From contig CAYMAN010000009.1 in NCBI GenBank assembly GCA_964388455.1, forward strand, positions 9,711 to 73,710: a stretch of DNA of 64,000 nucleotides, in the 5' to 3' direction. Below, piece after piece: positions 62,117 to 64,000 of this stretch. The DNA comes from an uncultured Eubacteriales bacterium. GTDB lineage: Bacteria; Actinomycetota; Coriobacteriia; Anaerosomatales; JAAXUF01. The notes under the pieces were generated by a model. The model saw only the letters and a program-made list of their open reading frames with translations, was not told the origin of the DNA and did no database searches. Within the stretch, counting starts at the first letter, position 1; each line of letters begins with the position of its first letter. The position numbers and the translations under genes were made by a program.

Positions 62117-63259
62117 ATGAACAAGGTCGTCGTACTGGACACAAACGTACTGCTGGCGGATCCCAACTCCGTCCTGTCGTTTCCTCGCGCCGAGATCGTC
62201 ATCCCTGAGACCGTGCTGGGCGAGCTGGATAAGCTCAAGACGGCGCGTGTGGATCCCGACCTGCGTTTCCGTGGCCGAGAAGTGAGCCGCATCCTCTTCG
62301 AGCTGTCCGAGGAAGGGTCGCTTATCGAGGGCGTCGACCTACCGGACGGCGGTCGGCTTCGTGTCGCCCCCTTCGAGAACGACGGGAGCCTGCCCGACGG
62401 ATTCCAGACCCGCAACGCCGACGATCGCGTGCTTGCCACCGCATACCAGGTCTGCAAGTCGTCGGATGCGACATGTGAGGTGACGCTGATCACGAACGAC
62501 CTGAACATGTTGCTCAAGGCGCAGACCCTCGGGGTGTCCGTGGAGCGCTACGCCGACGGGGTCGAGGGCGGTTTCGCCCGCAACTACATCATCAGGCCAT
62601 TCCAGCGCTACAAGACACCGATCACGATCCTTGCCGTCGCTCTCGCGGTGTTCGTCGCAGTGATCGTGATCGCGCTCTACATTCAGAAACCTATTCAGAA
62701 CAACGCGCAGCTGCCCTCGGAGCTCAAGAACGTACTGGCGCCGGGCCAGCTCAAGGCCCTCGATGCGATTCAGACCCTCCAGACGAACTCCAAGGATCCC
62801 GAGGCGCTGCTTTTCATGTCTAACTTCTACTACGACTTGCGAAACTCCGCCTCGGAGTCCGATCCTGTCGCCGCACTCGATTACGGACGTCAGGCGATTC
62901 GCTACTTCGAGCGCTATATGGTGGTATCACCGCAGGACGGGTCTGCGAAGGTCGACCTTGCTGCGCTCTACTTCTACAACGGCCAGACCGACCTGGCGAT
63001 CAACCTCGTCGGCGAAGTACTCAAAGAGGACAAGAACCACGTGAGCGGAAACTTCAATCTCGGTATCTTCTACTGGAAAGGCCCGCAGCGTGATTTTCAG
63101 GCCGCTGCCGCACAGTTCCAGAAGGTGATCGACCTGACCAAGAACGACGCTCAGCAGCATTCGCTCTTCAAGCAGGCGGAGGCGTTCCTCGCCCAGCTCG
63201 AGAATGAAGCGAAGTCTGCCGGACGACCCCTCGAGACCACCGCAGGAGTGTCACAGTGA
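62117..63259 (+). CDS. PIN-domain (PhoH/YlaK-N-terminal type) - TM - TPR-repeat fusion protein
   Basis: PIN acidic residues are intact (VVLDTNVLL, PETVLGELD, NADDRVLA, ITNDLNML). TM helix ITILAVALAVFVAVIVIALYI. The ~185-aa C-terminal region is TPR-like. Confidence 0.7.
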   Translation: MNKVVVLDTNVLLADPNSVLSFPRAEIVIPETVLGELDKLKTARVDPDLRFRGREVSRILFELSEEGSLIEGVDLPDGGRLRVAPFENDGSLPDGFQTRNADDRVLATAYQVCKSSDATCEVTLITNDLNMLLKAQTLGVSVERYADGVEGGFARNYIIRPFQRYKTPITILAVALAVFVAVIVIALYIQKPIQNNAQLPSELKNVLAPGQLKALDAIQTLQTNSKDPEALLFMSNFYYDLRNSASESDPVAALDYGRQAIRYFERYMVVSPQDGSAKVDLAALYFYNGQTDLAINLVGEVLKEDKNHVSGNFNLGIFYWKGPQRDFQAAAAQFQKVIDLTKNDAQQHSLFKQAEAFLAQLENEAKSAGRPLETTAGVSQ

Positions 63260-64000
63260 CCAGAGAACGTATCGATATCGCGATCATCGGTGGAGGTCCG
63301 GGCGGACTCGCTGCCGCCCTGTACGCATCGCGCGGCCGCGCCAAGACGGTCGTCTTTGAGCGGGGCATCCCGGGTGGCCAGATCGTGACCACCGACTGGG
63401 TGGAGAACTACCCGGGCTTCCCCAAGGGTGTCTCAGGCCAGGAACTCGGCGATCTGCTGACGGCACAGGCCGAGGAGCACGGCGCGGTCATCCGGTCGTT
63501 CGCTCCGGTGGACTCCATCAAGCAGGAGAACGACGGGATGTTCGTGCTGACCTGTGAGGATGAGGAGTTCGAGGCGTACAGCGTCATCGTCGCCACGGGT
63601 GCCGTCCCCCGGAAGCTCGGTATACCGGGCGAGGCCGAATTCACCGGGAGGGGCGTTTCGTGGTGCGCCACCTGTGACGGCGCGCTGTTCCGCGAGAAGG
63701 TCGTGGCCGTCATCGGCGGTGGCGATGCCGCGGTTGAGGAGGCTATGTTCCTCACCAAATTCGCGAGCCAGGTGCACCTGATCCACCGCCGCGACGAGTT
63801 CCGTGCGACGCGCTGCATCCAGGAGCGCTGCCGAGCCAACCCCAAGGTCGAGGAGCACCTCAGCCGCGTGCCGGTCGAGGTCGTCGGCAAGGACGGCAAG
63901 GTGGCCGGATTGCGACTGGAGTCGACCAAGGGTGAGCCCGAGGAGTATCTTGCGCTCGACGGCGTCTTCATCTTTGTCGGCGTGGATCCGATGAACGAAC
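63256..64000 (+). CDS. trxB: Thioredoxin-disulfide reductase (3'-truncated by the window edge)
   Basis: GTG 63256 follows AGGAG (7 nt spacer) and overlaps the upstream stop (GTGA). IIGGGPGG, redox-active CATCDG, GGGDAAVEEA. The frame stays open to the window end, which is why it is absent from the ORF track. Confidence 0.9.
   Translation, partial: MTRERIDIAIIGGGPGGLAAALYASRGRAKTVVFERGIPGGQIVTTDWVENYPGFPKGVSGQELGDLLTAQAEEHGAVIRSFAPVDSIKQENDGMFVLTCEDEEFEAYSVIVATGAVPRKLGIPGEAEFTGRGVSWCATCDGALFREKVVAVIGGGDAAVEEAMFLTKFASQVHLIHRRDEFRATRCIQERCRANPKVEEHLSRVPVEVVGKDGKVAGLRLESTKGEPEEYLALDGVFIFVGVDPMNE

Overview
This is a 64-kb, gene-dense, high-GC chromosomal segment. Hand counts of typical 60-nt lines give about 63-68% GC. 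Several hallmarks point to Actinomycetota: a dnaK-grpE-dnaJ-hspR-clpB heat-shock operon, a PASTA Ser/Thr kinase, and a DUF6049-like gene next to trxB. That lineage call is an inference, not a database result. I can support about 58 CDSs, one cobalamin riboswitch with an attenuator hairpin, and several intrinsic-terminator hairpins. I found no rRNA, tRNA, CRISPR array, transposase or integrase. The standout content is c-type cytochromes at three loci, with up to 62 haem-binding motifs in total. (1) 17242-24116 (minus strand) is a seven-gene, translationally coupled operon. It encodes a tetrahaem c3-like cytochrome, a Tat-exported 4x[4Fe-4S] NrfC/PsrB-type protein, an NrfD-type membrane subunit, and four paralogous N-terminally anchored multihaem cytochromes with 11, 9, 9 and 12 haem sites. 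An OmpR/sensor-kinase pair is transcribed divergently from it. (2) 121-1848 is a lipoprotein octahaem NrfA/ONR-type nitrite-reductase homologue with a CXXCK active-site motif. (3) 30651-32237 is a secreted nonahaem cytochrome with a Ser/Thr/Pro-rich tail. Together these look like a candidate quinol-to-cell-surface electron-transfer system in a Gram-positive-type organism; I cannot verify novelty without database searches. The other content is: a B12-riboswitch-controlled BtuFCD-like importer whose ATPase carries an unexplained C-terminal domain, a CUT2 sugar ABC transporter, recQ, catalase, lon, a lower-GC ABC-2 exporter cassette, a PIN-TM-TPR fusion protein, a DUF2779 nuclease and a triple-HTH protein. 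Many long ORFs in the track are antisense shadow ORFs typical of high-GC DNA and were rejected.
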